In this document: piece after piece, positions 50,603-63,797 of the stretch
Layout of the letters: each line of letters starts with the position of its first letter
Numbering within the stretch: the first letter of the stretch is position 1
DNA from: Callorhinchus milii
Taxonomy: Eukaryota
Length of the DNA: 64,000 nt
Direction of reading: 5' to 3'
NCBI RefSeq assembly: GCF_018977255.1
Contig: NW_024704742.1
Span: 108,874,001 to 108,938,000 of the forward strand
Position numbers and translations under genes: made by a program
Notes under the pieces: model-generated
What the model saw: the letters and a program-made list of their open reading frames with translations, nothing else
Told to the model about the DNA's origin: nothing
Databases searched by the model: none

Positions 50603-51830
50603 AACAACAACAACAAAATTCCATTTGTATAGCACCTTTCATGTCAGGAGGACATCTAAAGGTACAGAATAATCAGTGTTTCGGACCAGAGCTGCGAGTT
50701 GGGATTGGGGAGGGTGGAGGGCAGGGGGAGAAGGAGGGTTATCAAAGACACGGTCAAAGAGGAGGGTCTTGAGACGGATCTTGAAGCAGGTAAGAGAGGG
50801 GGCGAGGCAGAGGGACTGTGGGATAATAATAATAATAATAATCCTTGCATTCGATATAGCGCTTTTCACGTCAGGAAGACGTCCCAAAGCGCTTCACAGA
50901 ATATACTGTAAAGTGAAGTAACTGAATATTTGTGGGCGAACGTGGCAGCCAATTGCGCACAGCAATGTCCCACAAACAGTCATGGATTGAAAATGACCAA
51001 TTTATTATTGTTTTTGGTTTCGGAGGGATTATTATTAGGTGTGTGGAGTAAGGAAACTTGCCCAAGGTTTCGCCCTCTGCCTGGAATTGAACTCAGGTCT
51101 CTCACTTGCAAAGTGAGTGCTCTAACCACTGAGCTACAGGACTCCACGATGGTGTTCCAGAGCATGGGGCTAGAGTGGCTGAAGGCCCACACACCAATGG
51201 TGGGGCGGGCGAGGTGGGGAGCATGAAGCAAGCCGGAGCCCGTTGAGTGCGAAGGTTGGTAGGGGGTTAAGGAGGTCACAGAGGTAGAGGGGGAATAAGG
51301 CCGTGGAGTGCTTTGAAGGTGAGGACCAGGATCTTTAATGGTATCCTCTGTGTGATGGGAAGCCAGTGGAGTTGGGTGAGGATGGGGGTGATAGGGTCAC
51401 AGAGCCTGGTGCGGGAGAGGACACGGGCTGCAGAGTTCTGGATGATCTGCAGCCTGTGGAGGGAGGAGATGGGGAGGCCGACAAGCAGGGAGTTTGCATA
51501 GTCGAGCCTGGACGTAATGAGAGCATATACGAAAGTTTTGGCCGCCTGTGGCGTGAGACAGTGTCGGAGCCAGGCGACGCTGCGGAGGTGGGGGAAGGCA
51601 GAGCGGGTCATGGCAGGGACGTGGGGTAGAAAGGATAGTTGAGGAACAAGACGCCAGGGTTCCGGACTGGCTCAGTGAGGTGGAGTGTGCAACCACGGAG
51701 GGCGATCCTGTCAGCGCCTGAGGTGTGGAGGCGCTGACGGGAGCCAATCAGGAGAGCCTCGGTCTTGTTGAGGTTCAGCTGTAGAAAGTGAGCTCTCATC
51801 CAGGACTTGATGTCTGACAGAGATATCAAG
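50603..51830 (-). mobile_element. Younger L2 3' fragment interrupted by a SINE
   Basis: SDIKSWMRAHFLQLNLNKTEALLIG, ALITSRLDYANSLLVGLP, QLHWLPI; (AAC)n tail at 50603. Confidence 0.92.
50823..51145 (-). mobile_element. tRNA-Ala-derived SINE subfamily A (full length)
   Basis: Near-identical to the other A copies; inserted in L2. Confidence 0.93.
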
Positions 51831-51959
51831 TGTGCACAGGGCTGTCAGTCTAGACAACTGCCCACAAACTGTTAAAACGGTGCAAAATATAGTTCTGCCC
51901 TAATTGAATCAGATGTTGACGCAGGTGTGACTGTTCCTCAGTGTCACCGTCACACTCAC

Positions 51960-52590
51960 ACACAGGGTGTGAGAACGCGTGACGCGTCACACCGGCTCAT
52001 TTGCATATTTTAAAAAACGTGACGTCACGGGGACTTCGGACCCAATTGCCATGGAGGACTGGTGTTGGGGGAGGGGGGGGGGAGAGTGCGCCGAGCGGCC
52101 AATCAGCATGTTTCAGAGCCCAGCCGACAGCGTGCGTCACGCACCACCCGGAAAACCCGCCCCCTTCCCTCCGTCCGCCGCGGAGATTCGGATCCGAAAC
52201 AGTCACGTGCTCACGGCGACCCTCCTGCCAACGGCGCTCGGCCGTTGAGCGGCACGCGGGCGGAGTGATTGACGTGGCCACAGACCAGTCGGAGCGCGGT
52301 GGCTGGCGGACGGCCCGTGCCGTGGGCGAAGAGAATCGAAGGCGGGCCAATGGGAAGGGTCGGGAGGCGGCGAGCGGAGGCGGGATGCGGTTTCTCGGAC
52401 AAGTTGGATGTCAGTCAGTCGTCAGTCGGTCAGTCGTATGCCCCACAGTTACCCTCTTCGGTCGCCCTGGCGGTTGTTGCCTCAGAGGCTCGGGGAGACA
52501 GGAGAGCGCGAGAGGGGGGCGGGTGAGGCAGAGAGAGGCGACCATGAGTGGGACGTCGGACTGATCGATGCCGGAGGGGCCAGTTCAAGA
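51960..52590 (+). promoter_or_regulatory. CpG-island promoter and 5' leader of the ELL-family gene
   Basis: Sharp rise in GC and CpG; octamer ATTTGCAT 51999-52006, CRE TGACGTCA 52020-52027, CCAAT 52099 and 52347, CCGGAA 52148, GTCACGTG 52202, TGACGTGG 52270, repeated TCAGT (Inr-like) 52410-52436, GC box ~52516, YY1-type CAAGATGGCGGC over the ATG. Confidence 0.85.
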
Positions 52591-52730
52591 TGGCGGCGGC
52601 GCTCGCTGAGGATCAACGGTACGGGCTGTCCTGTGGCAGAGCGAGTGGGGGCCCCGGCAGAGTCACCGTCTTTCACGTCAAATTGACAGAGACAGCCTTC
52701 CGAGCGCTGGAAGCCTTTCAACATTCAAAG
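52590..52730 (+). CDS. ELL2: RNA polymerase II elongation factor ELL family (most similar to ELL2), coding exon 1
   Basis: Strong Kozak aagATGg; 47 codons [47 protein letters not shown], resembling ELL2 (QRYGLSCGR...[19 protein letters not shown]); phase-0 donor AAG|GTGGGG at the expected position. ELL versus ELL2 is not certain; exon 2 not found in the window. Confidence 0.85.
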
Positions 52731-55700
52731 GTGGGGGGAGCAGATTGACCTTTTATTTCTCCCCACATTGTATTCCTCATCCGCTGCTCTTATTTTCATT
52801 GGAAATCCAACAGCAAGTGGCTGCCCAGTTCATGTGTCAAGTCGGTTACTTGGACGGGTTTTTAAAAAATTTTTTTTAACACTTTTAACACTTTTTCCAA
52901 AAATAATGGGCATTTATCCTTGTTTAACGTCACAATTTATGGTTTAGATTTTATGTGGTCGGGGTGGGGAGAAAGTTATTTTTTAAAGAAGAGCCCGAGT
53001 CGCAGCTGTGACTCCTTTTTTTCGCTGAGCAATGGAGTTTTTTTTCCACAAAAAATAATTTTATTTGCTTGAAATGGTATTGAATGTATTGCTAGCGCTG
53101 TCTCTAGATCTATTTATTTTAACCAATGCACTTTTTTAAAAAAAAATCCACTCCACAGCCAACGTAATAAAACTTTTACCATCTGAGGTTTTCCTCTGAA
53201 TAAAACTGGATTTGGTTGTCGATGGCGATATCTGCTGCTGCTACTCTGTATTTGAATGTTAAATTAAATATGGCTTGCCATATGTTTTTTTTTGGAGAGT
53301 ATGTAACTTTCAGGATATTCACATATCTTCCAGTAGAGGTATACAAGTACATACGTGTGAAGTTAGTAGGTGGCAGTGTTGGTGTGTCATTGGATTTTTG
53401 ACTTACTGTAATAAAGAGAACATTTTATGCTTTAAGTGGATGTGGCTGATTCACTTTAATAGGAGTATATCCGAGTGCATACGTACGTGACGTGTTTGGT
53501 GGTAGGGATTAGACTGGGTTGAATAGATTTTGTGTTAACTGTCTCACACAATTGCAAGAAATTACATTTACATGTCGCTGTAGTTTTAGGCTCTGTTTAT
53601 GTGTCCATTAGGAAATTCTTCGAATTATGATGAGTAATGAATGTCAGATTAATCCCTGATTGGGATTTAGGAATTGAAGATTTTTTTTAAAACAAATGAA
53701 TTCCTGTTATGGAGATTTTGAATTTGGGATGTGCTTACCTAGTAGTATTAATGAAATGAGGTTGACATTATCAGATGCCAGCAAGCCAGAGTAGTTTAAT
53801 TTAGGTGAATACACAGTCGTCTACTTCCCTTTGCCCACCCCCTCCATACACACACACGCTACACAAAGTGGGTTTCTCTTCCTCAGTCCCCTCCCATATC
53901 TCCTACTTAGCTACATTATTTCTTGTATTTGATATAGTTGCACCATATTGATGTTAATTCTGTATGTGTAATCAATCATCATTCGTTATAGGGATTTTCA
54001 ATACAACTGGAAGATGCTGCGGAACTATTCTGTTGCAGTTGCATTCATTTGTTTTTATTGAAGTAGAAAAGAAACTTGATTTTTCAAAATCAAAATTGTG
54101 TGTTTAATTTTGTAATTGTAAAAGTATCAAGATTTGTGTTAAATTGGAATAACTTAATAGTTTGTGGTTGAGCTTTAAGTAATAAGTGAATTATGAATAA
54201 TTTATCTGTCTGATTATACTAGCTGCACTGACCTGTCCAGATGCCTGCCAGATCCAGGGTTAGAAATTAGTCAAGTCCATTTAAACAGAGCAGAGACCAT
54301 GTCAAGCTGTCAGTCTCTTTCTTAATTTCTAAAAGACATTCTTTGGTTCATAACAAAAGAGTCACGTATGGTCTTTTAAAGGGTTGCTATGCTTTTATTT
54401 GCATTGCTTACAATCTACTTTGTTTAAACCACACTTCAAGTTGATGTTATTTGAGGCTGTTATGAGTGGTGGAGAAAAAGAACTGAAGTTCTAGTCAGCT
54501 GTGCATTGAGTAGGTAAACCTACTCAGGTATATGTTTGAAATCACTAATTATATTATATGTTGCATGCTGCAGCTATGTGCTGGCCTGTGCTGATTGGGG
54601 GTGGGGGCGGGGGTTCTCTCAGCAAACTATCTGAGTTTCGCTTTGGGGATGAAGTACTAGGTTAGTGGTTCAATTTGAGGTGGTTACGGTAAATTACAAT
54701 TTAATTTAAAAGGGTGCTGTATTGCACTTGAAGATAAACTGTGGCAGTCAGCATAAAGTAAATTCTGTGTTCTGTATGTAATCAGTAAATTATCTAGTGA
54801 CATTGAATTCTAATGAAGGTATATTTTTCGATTGGCCCCCTTCTGTGCATAAAATATATTTGTTGATTAGTTTAGTAAAGATTTCAGTTAGTGCAGTATT
54901 TATAACAAGTTGAGACTGCCATCTTGGTGCATTTGGCAGCACACTTATCTCAGGGTTAGAAGGTTGTGAGTTCAGATTCCTTAAGTTCAGAATTTAGCCT
55001 GATACCATTACAATACTGGGGGAGTTTTATATTGTCAGAGGGCCATCCTTTCCAATAAAACATGAAGCTATGGTCCTGTTCAGGTCAGTGTTGAAGATTG
55101 TGTGATGGGTAGAGAAGGACGTTTATCCTCTTTGTTTGGTCAACAATCCATCAGATTAATCATACCTAGTTTGCCGAACATTGTTGGTGCATTGTTTGTA
55201 TACTTGATTGTAAATAGTTATGCAGCTTTTGAGTTTTGCCTTAAGGTCCTATAAATATGCAAATTGTTCTTTTATTATCCATAAGTTACTTCCTTTTTCC
55301 CTTGATTGGCTCTTGCCTCTGAATACTGTTTTCTTGGAAATATCTGGAGACTCTAGGTTGATGTTATGCTGTGATTAAACACAATTTGGCATATAAACCT
55401 TTATTCTCAGGAGTCATCTTTGCTTCTATCAGGAAAAGGTAGTTGTGTGGTGAGTAACAGAGGATGAGAGGTTTTGTTTCAGCCCCCACCTCCCCCAAAC
55501 CACAAGAGGCGTGCAACTTCTATTGGCCAGCTTTATTATCAATACAGTGTGGTCATGCAAACTTGCAGTCGCGGGTTTATTTGCGAAATCGCTCTCAACC
55601 ACTAAGCCGATTAGAACTGCACCGGCAATTTTCATCCCTGATAATTTTTATGCACGTCTCCAATGATTTTCATTTATTGTACTGGTCTAATCTTGTTACT

Positions 55701-57339
55701 GTCTGTGCAAAGTTTTGTGCAAAAACAGTGTTCTTAAATGTGATTTGTCAAATGTACAGAAATAAATGAAAACCATTTGAGATGTGCATATGCCTATATT
55801 ACCTTTATTTTTTTACACGATTAACTAAGTATTTTTAAGAAAACCTAGCACTGTGGCCACCAGAACGTGTTGGTCGCCGCACACTGAGGCCACTAAAAAA
55901 ATTATCTGGGTGCCATTGAATCGACACATCAATATAATGTATACTGACTGGTTTCATCTTTGATACTCCTACTTTGGTAATGCATTGTTGCATGTTTATC
56001 ATCCAAACTCTTGGTAGTTGAACAATTCCCCTTTCATGAATAGCATTTAGATTATCTTGTCAACTAGTTTGGTTTGGATAACTCAGACTGGATTTAATTG
56101 GATCTAATTTGAATTTATTCTTCCTCCTGTTCATGGTTTTATTCACCCTAAATCTGAGAACTGTATATAGCAAGCAGAATGGAGTTACAAAACCCAAGAA
56201 TGTGCTTGCATGTGGTGAAAGTAAAGATGGTTTTGAAATTAATGGTTTATAACATTTGTATTGTGATATGGTGGGATTAATTCAATCTAAATATGCAGTG
56301 ACGACATCTGCACACTATTTTTAATGATTCTTGGATTTAATATAGCACCTTATCACATTAAAACATTGCAAAGTGCTTGTTTTTCTGTAAAGTGTGGGGA
56401 TTGTGTATTTTGTAGGCAAATCCAGCAGCCAATTTGCAGATTCCCACAAACAGCCATACATAGTGATTAAATATGGAACAAATCTATATTGCTACTTGTT
56501 GTGGACAAAATCAATGCCTCCACTGGTATGATTAAATAATTAATATTATTAATAATAAGTGTTGCATTTCATATCAAGAGAACTTCTCAAAGGGCTTCAA
56601 ATGGTAGCGTTAGTGTAGTAACTATATGTTGTAGGCAAAATTGATCTGATATCTTGTGCTTTATTGAACATGCAGCAGTGTTAGTGGTAATTAGCTTTGG
56701 TTAAAACAAATTCAGCTGAGTTGACAGCATTTGAGACTCTGAAATTAGCTTTCTCACTAGAAATTTATAAGGCAGTTTGGTCGAAAATGCAGAATAACTA
56801 GGTATTTTGCCATGTGTACAGAGGTTGTCAGAATATCGTGTTTTACAAGGTATTGTGAAATTCATCCTATTTATTCTTTTCGGCTTGATTCGGGTAAAAA
56901 TCACTTATGTATTGCCTTAGCCACTTAACACTATCTATCATAAGTGACACAATTGTGGTTTCTGGTTTAGAGCATGGGAAGAAGGATTTACCCATTGAAA
57001 TGCAACAATATTGCCACATCCTTAATAATACGTTGTGCATTGAAATAGAAAAAATACAACTTGGGAATTCCAATTTTCTGGTTTGAAAGTTATACATTAA
57101 TATTTTGAATTGTTTTTGTGTTCTTGAAGAACCTCTGTAGTCAAATCTGAATTAAAATGTTGAGTGACTGTATAAAATAATCTGATGTGAATTTAATTTT
57201 TTTTAAGTTTGTCATTCTATGCTGCCTCCTACTTCTTGCCAGTTGTTCTCTGGTGATAACGGCTAGGATCTACAGTAGTTTTAGCTTACACAACATTTAG
57301 GTGTGAGCTGCAGTATTTGCAGCCTGAGCACTGACCCTA

Positions 57340-57790
57340 ATAATAACCCTTACATTTTGTGTAGCACCTTTCACATCAGGAGGACATCTCAAAGTGCTTC
57401 ACAGAATATAGTATAAAGTGGACTGTGAGTGATTATGAGTGACTGAGGAGTGTGTTTTGTGGCAAACGCGGCAGCCAGATTTGCGCCAGGCAGTGTTCCA
57501 CAAACAGCCACAAATGACCAATATTATTTGGGGAAGTGTTGAATGCAAGGACACTGAGAAACTCGCTTTTTGATAATATCATGGGATCTTCAAAGTCCAC
57601 CTGAACAGGCAGACAAAACCTTTGTCTAATGTCACATCCGCAGGATGGTATCTCGGGAGAGTGCAGCCACTCTCAGCACTGCAATGGAGTGTCAACCAAG
57701 AATCTGAGTTCCAAGCTGCAACGTGATGCTTGAGCCCACAACCATCTGACTCGGAGATGAGACCGCAAACAACTGAGCCAAGTTGACACA
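57340..57790 (-). mobile_element. Old Deu-domain SINE
   Basis: catgggatcttcaaagtccacctgaacaggcagac...tcagcactgcaatggagtgtca...acaaccatctgactc; SINE-type tail at 57340. Confidence 0.7.
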
Positions 57791-58089
57791 TAAGAATTAG
57801 AAGTTTGAAAGGTTCTAGGGATGCACTAATGATTGCTGATATGGGAGAGATTTTTTGGTTGCTGGCATTTATGCCTTTCACTGGTAACCTTCACAAAATG
57901 ATTAAGCTTTAAATTCAGTTCTCATTGTATTTGAAACTTGGGAGTTCCAGCTTCTTTTACCAAACACTATTGTATATGGATAATTGTTGACTTAAAACAT
58001 TTTTAAAATTTTAATTTACAATATAATACAGCAGAGGGGGTTGGGAAGAGGACAGATGACTGAACGCAAAATCAAAGTGGTAGGTCTTC

Positions 58090-58740
58090 CCTGTAACATC
58101 ACCCGACTCCGCCACTACCTCACCCCTCAGGCCGCTGAAACTCTTGTTCATGCCTTCATCGCCTCCAGGCTCGACTGTGCAAACTCCCTGCTTGTCGGCC
58201 TTCCCAATTCCTCCCTCCGCAGGCTGCAAATAATCCAGAACTCTGCAGCCCTTGTCCTCTCCCACACCAAACTCTGTGACCCCATCTCCCCCACTCTTGC
58301 CTGACTCCACTGGCTCTCTGTCCTTCAGAGGATCCAGTTCAAGATCCTGGTCCTCACATACAAAGCCCTCCATGGCCTCACGCCACCCTACCTATGTGAC
58401 TTCCTAATCCCCTACCAACCTGCCCGTTCCCTCCGCTCAGCCGGCTCTGGCCTGCTCCATGTCCCCCGACCCACCCGCCCCACCACTGTCGGGAGAGCCT
58501 TCAACCACTCTGCCCCCAACCTCTGGAATTCCATCCTCCAGTCACTCCGCCTCACTCCCTCCTTAGCCTCGTTCAAGTCCTGCCTCAAGACCCTCCTCTT
58601 TGACCATGCCATCGGCCACCCCCTTCCCCTCCCTTACCCCCCCAACCCCAGATCGGATCTGAAATGCTGTACTCTGTCCAGCGCCTTGGGACGTCCTCCT
58701 GACGTGAAAGGCGCTATACAAATGTAATCTTTTTGTTGTA
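58090..58740 (+). mobile_element. Younger L2 3' fragment in ELL intron 1
   Basis: NITRLRHYLTPQAAETLVHAFIASRLDCANSLLVGLP; tail gcgccttgggacgtcctcctgacgtgaaaggcgc..(TTG)n. Confidence 0.92.
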
Positions 58741-59559
58741 GTCTTGCAAACCTTGAACAAGGTGAGGGAGGGAGTCGGAAGGATGGAGTTCTAGACAATG
58801 GGGGTGGAAAGGCTGAGGGCCTACACGTCAACGATGGGGCAGGTGCAACAACAAAATTACATTTGTATAGCGCCTTTAATGTCGGGAAGACATATCAAGC
58901 TACTGGATAGACAGTTTCAGGTAGTTCGTGGTATATAAAGCAGATTAAAAGATGAGGATCTTGAACGCGATCTGTTGAGGGATGGGGAGCCAATGGAGCC
59001 ATTACAATACAAAAACTTGTACGATATTTAAATTGAATTGTCATTTAGGAATTGAAGTATAATATTACTACTTTTACAGTAGCTATGGTAAATTGTGATT
59101 CATGTGTATATAGTGTACATTAGTTGAATATGTTTTGTAAATCCTATCTATAAGTATGTTGCATGTGCACTTTGTCATGATTATTATTAAATGAGTATAA
59201 CCCTTATACCAAATAATGCAGCCATTTTATATTTGTTTTAAGTGTAGAGGCAAAGTTGACATAGATTACAGTTTGACGTTTAAGGAGTCACAGCAGGTTT
59301 ACGTTCTAGGATGTGAATTACGTGCTAAGATGGTTAGCTTAAATGTCAATCCACTAATGTAAGGGATAGAAGCGTCAAGTGAAATGCTGTATTTTTGAAT
59401 TAAGGTAGTGTTGAGGAAAAAAGTGGAGAGATCTTATATTAGATGCAACATGCTAAGAACTGTTTAAAGTGACACTGATCATAAAATGTTTTTTCCTATG
59501 CTGTGGTACCCTCCTGCTGCAGGTAATTAGGCCCTTCTCGTGAAGCAGGAGACGGAACA

Positions 59560-59936
59560 GGAGTTGTGTAGTGGTTAGAGCACTCGCCTCACAAGCGAGA
59601 GGACTTGGGTTTGATTCCCGGGCAGGGCGAAACATTAGGCAAGTTTCCTTACTCCACATGCCTCTGATTACCTAGCAGTGAGTAGGAACCCGGTTATGGT
59701 CAGCTAGCAGATCGCTTTTCCAGGGGTAATAATCCCATTAAAATAAGCATTTTAAAAAATAATAATTTGGTTGCTCAATCCATAACAGTTTGTGGGGACA
59801 ATGCTGTGTGCAATTGGCAACCGCGTTTCACCCATAAAATATACAGTCAATTCACTTTTCAGTATCTTCTGTGAAGCGCTTTGAGACATCTCAAAGACAT
59901 GGTAAGGCATTATATCAAATGCAAGGATTATTATAA
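59560..59936 (+). mobile_element. tRNA-derived SINE subfamily B
   Basis: gtggttagagcactcgcctcacaagcgag head, tacctagcagtgagtaggaaccc central segment, (ATT)n tail. Confidence 0.88.
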
Positions 59937-62894
59937 TCTTGCATGTACTATTGGAGACTGACTTAAAGTCAGATGCAGTATTAATAATCAGACAAGCAAT
60001 TATTAGACTAAAGAGAGCTACTAATTTCATTTATTAGAAGCCAATGTGAGGAAACAGTTTCAAGCCAAACACTAAAAACAGAATGCTACTGTGTACAATA
60101 AAAGTGATAAATTAAGAAAGTAATACTTTGGAAGGTGTTAGGCTTATCCATTTGATATAGAACAAAAGTTTGGTTTTCCAAACAGTCTAATTAGATTAAA
60201 GGTCTCTTAGTGCACATTGAATGGTCATAGAGTCCTATAAGGTGTAGACCCTTTGCCAGCTTGTGAAACAAACTGATTTATTTTGCCCACAAAATAGTCA
60301 ATTCATTTTACAGTATATTCTGTGAAACGTTTTGAGATCAGGCGCTATATAAATTTAAAGGATTATTATTGTTATGTTGCCCAGTTGTGAACAAAAAGAT
60401 GGTCAATATGTTGCCTCTGTTTTCTCTCCAAAACCCTCCTCATTCAAACCTTTAGTCTTCTGATCCTATTGCATGGTGTGTTATTTGCAGTGTCCAAATA
60501 ATGTAGTTACAAAATTACTTGTACAGTGGTTGTCGGTATACATATTCTTATCAATCACGGAAGTTCCCACCCTTGGAGCCTACGTGTCTAACCTGTTCAG
60601 AACCCCAAGGTCTGACTTAACATAACCTCACACCTTTGCTATTTATACTTAATGACCTGAAAGAACTTACAAGTAACTTCTAAACTTCAAACATCAATCC
60701 GTGGAGTTCACAGCTTTCATTAATCTGATTCCAGCTTTAAAAGACAATCACCACAATTTGATTTGAGAGTTTTTTTTTACTCAGTGTAAGCATCCAGAAA
60801 TTTTTTTAATGTTGGGCTTAGGTTGTGGTCAGCTTGTAAAGGAATCCCTGCCAACACTGGTTTACCCTGCAATGAAAAAGCTTTCTTTCTTTCTTTGAGG
60901 CATTTATGGCTGCACTTTATCCACTGCCTTTGCTGCTTCATCAATTGCATATGTGGTTAGTCACCACCATCAAGCATAGACCAGAACATAATTGGCTTTT
61001 TAAAGTGAAAGTCTATGAAGTTCAGTGCTTGCTGTCAGCACCTATGTTTGCGTTTATATATCCACAAGCAAACTGAAACAGCATAATTTTTTTTCATGGG
61101 GGCAGACCTTCATCCGATCATCTGTACGTCTACTCTGGTTCCTGCAACTTATCGCAGTAGTCTGCAGAGGTGCAGTGCAACGATGCACATCTCCATTGTA
61201 TTTTCCAGTAGAAAATTAGATGGACAAAACCTGTCCTTGTTATGTTTGAGGAGACTAGACTCCCTCCCTAATCCAGTGCTAGTCGAACTGAGATGAAATA
61301 ACTTGGCACAAACCAGGGTTTGGACCTAGACATTTCTGACATTCATGGCACAATGTAAACTGCAAGAGACTTAATGTCTAGCCCCCCTTTAAGGTTCATT
61401 GTAGTTTTCGTCTCCACACGATAAAGTCTGAATTTATGTTTGAACTTCTACTATGGAAAAGTAATTAAAAGACTAAAGCAATGGTGGCTAACCAAAGACA
61501 TTTTCTTGATTTAATATTTCTTTATTTATGGCCACACTATAAACATTGCCACTTAGTAGCTACTGGAAATAAAACATTTATTTTAAAACACTCACTTAGA
61601 TGAGTGTGAATGTTTGGTGATGGGTCTTGCGGATGATCTTGATGGTCCGGTGGGCCACTTCCAGCCCGTTGGCAGGCCATAATTTATGGGTTGGCCATCA
61701 CTGCTATAAAACTTATATTAGAAATGCTAATGTTGCATTTGGGGCAAGGTTATAGAATTTGTGAAGAATGAAATATGAATGGTAGAACGGCACCATGAGC
61801 AAGCCCACTTTATATGTAAACTTGTGCTGCAGTGATTAAGTTATCACTTGAACCTCTGGATTCAAGTGATGTATGGATATACTGTAATAGCATGATTTGT
61901 ATGATGAAAGGAAGATCTGTTCGGGTCTATTTCCTAAATCGAACATAATTGACCAAAACTATTAATAAATTGCAGAGAAAAATATTGATCGTACATCCTT
62001 CATTTAAAAAGGCCAAATATTTTAATAGCTATGCCAAGCAATTACTTCAAAATTGACTAGAATATTTTTAAAAAAGGACAGTGCTATAGATACTCAGGAC
62101 TTCTATGAATAAATTGAAATACAAGCAGTGAGGTTCAAATAATTATTACAATAAAAGTTTTAATCTAAAAGGCATTTCCATAATATTGGTAATACAGGTT
62201 GTCCTTTTCACCAGGGTATTTTTGTGCTGCTTTAGATGAGACACTTAAGTTGGAACTGAGTTGGTAGTATAAAATTCCTTTGACCAGACCCAGTAATGTT
62301 AACTCTGGTGATTTCAGTTCTCTGGACCAGCTGCCTTAGTGAAGTTGTAACGTGCTGCCTTTAGTAAAGAAAAGGTTTTAATTTGTGCCCACTTAAACTG
62401 GATTGAGATTTCATAAATTTATGGTATGACATTTATATTAGCAGTGATGGGATACTTTTTCTGATCAGACAGATACTAAGTGAAAGTACTCTTCCCATGC
62501 TTTTTGCTTAAAATCTGATATTCATTCCTTGTTCAATTGGAGGAAAGACTGCCATACATATGTTCACATGAAGGGAGAGATGGAAGAATAATCAGAAATC
62601 TGAGGCACATACAAAAGTGCATGTAACTAGTGTGCCTTAAACTGATCTTTTTTGGGGGGTGGGGGTAGTGGTAAGAAGCTGTTGTATCCATTGATCCTGT
62701 CTTTATCCAAGAAATACGTCTGACTGCCATAGAAATGTGGGTTTGAAATACTGTCACACCTACTTGTGATACTGTAGGACATTGAAATTGACCCTTGTTC
62801 TATTCTGGGAATGGTCTTTGCTTTGGCAGAATATTCATCTGATGCTGCTTGAGTGCTCGTCCTGCATTAACTCCATGAGTGATTCTCAGTTTGC

Positions 62895-63185
62895 TGTACT
62901 ATCCCCCAGTGCCTTCGCCTTGCTTCCTCCCTTTCCTCCTTCAAGGCCGGTCTCAAAACCTTTCTCTTTGACCGTGCCTTCAGCTCCCCTCTCGACTCTC
63001 TTCCCCCTCCTCGCTCCCTCCCTTCCCTCCCCTCACCCTGACCATTTCCCCCTCCTCGCTCCCTCCCTTCCCTCCCCTCACCCTGACCATTTCCCCCTGC
63101 TCGGGTCATGACCCAACTGTGCAGCGCCTTGGGACGTCCTCCTGACGTGAAAGGCGCTTTATAAATGGAATCTTGTTGTTGTTGT
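62895..63185 (+). mobile_element. L2 3' end with an internal ~45-bp tandem duplication
   Basis: ctttgaccgtgccttc...gcgccttgggacgtcctcctgacgtgaaaggcgc...(TTG)n; FPLLAPSLPSPHPDH encoded twice. Confidence 0.85.
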
Positions 63186-63797
63186 ATTATACGTTAATGC
63201 AAGCTGACAGATGAAGGGGGAAAACTAGGTCTCTGACAGGACTTGGGGTTCAAGTTAGTCTACGTACATAGATGTACAGCTAACTGTTGTGGTTTTGATA
63301 GTTTAGTATTCTCTAACTGTTACTGTTGGAAATGTATGTAGACCAGTTTATGATCAACTCAAAGCCTTCAAATCCATCATGTCCTGCTTTTTTAAAAAAA
63401 AACTGGGTAACAATATTGTGCAATCCTGGAGAGTGGTAGGATGTGGGTTTTGCATCTGCAGTTTCCTTAGTGGCATGTACCCAGCTTTGGATATGTTGTT
63501 AGGTTCGTGTGCCAAGTAGATGCTAAACACTTCCACATGGTGGAAAAGTTATGGTGCGAGTTCCCCAGGTTAACAGCTGACTTGAGAGGCATTGGTAGAG
63601 GTGTGTAGGTTGTTGTGTGTAATGACATCAAAGTGGATTAGAATTTAAAATGATACTAATGAAGAGCAATGTCTGGAAGATTCAAGAAAATGTAGCTGTA
63701 ACAAATTGTTAATTTTATTAATGATAACATAAGGTCATAGATAGGTGTCAATTGGTAGCAGTCGCAGAAGGTTGTGAATTCAAGCCTAAAGCAGCAG

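Noticed and set aside
52001..52564. 187-aa and other overlapping ORFs across the CpG island
   Set aside because: GC-rich stop-poor sequence with low-complexity Arg/Gly/Pro translation and no recognisable domain
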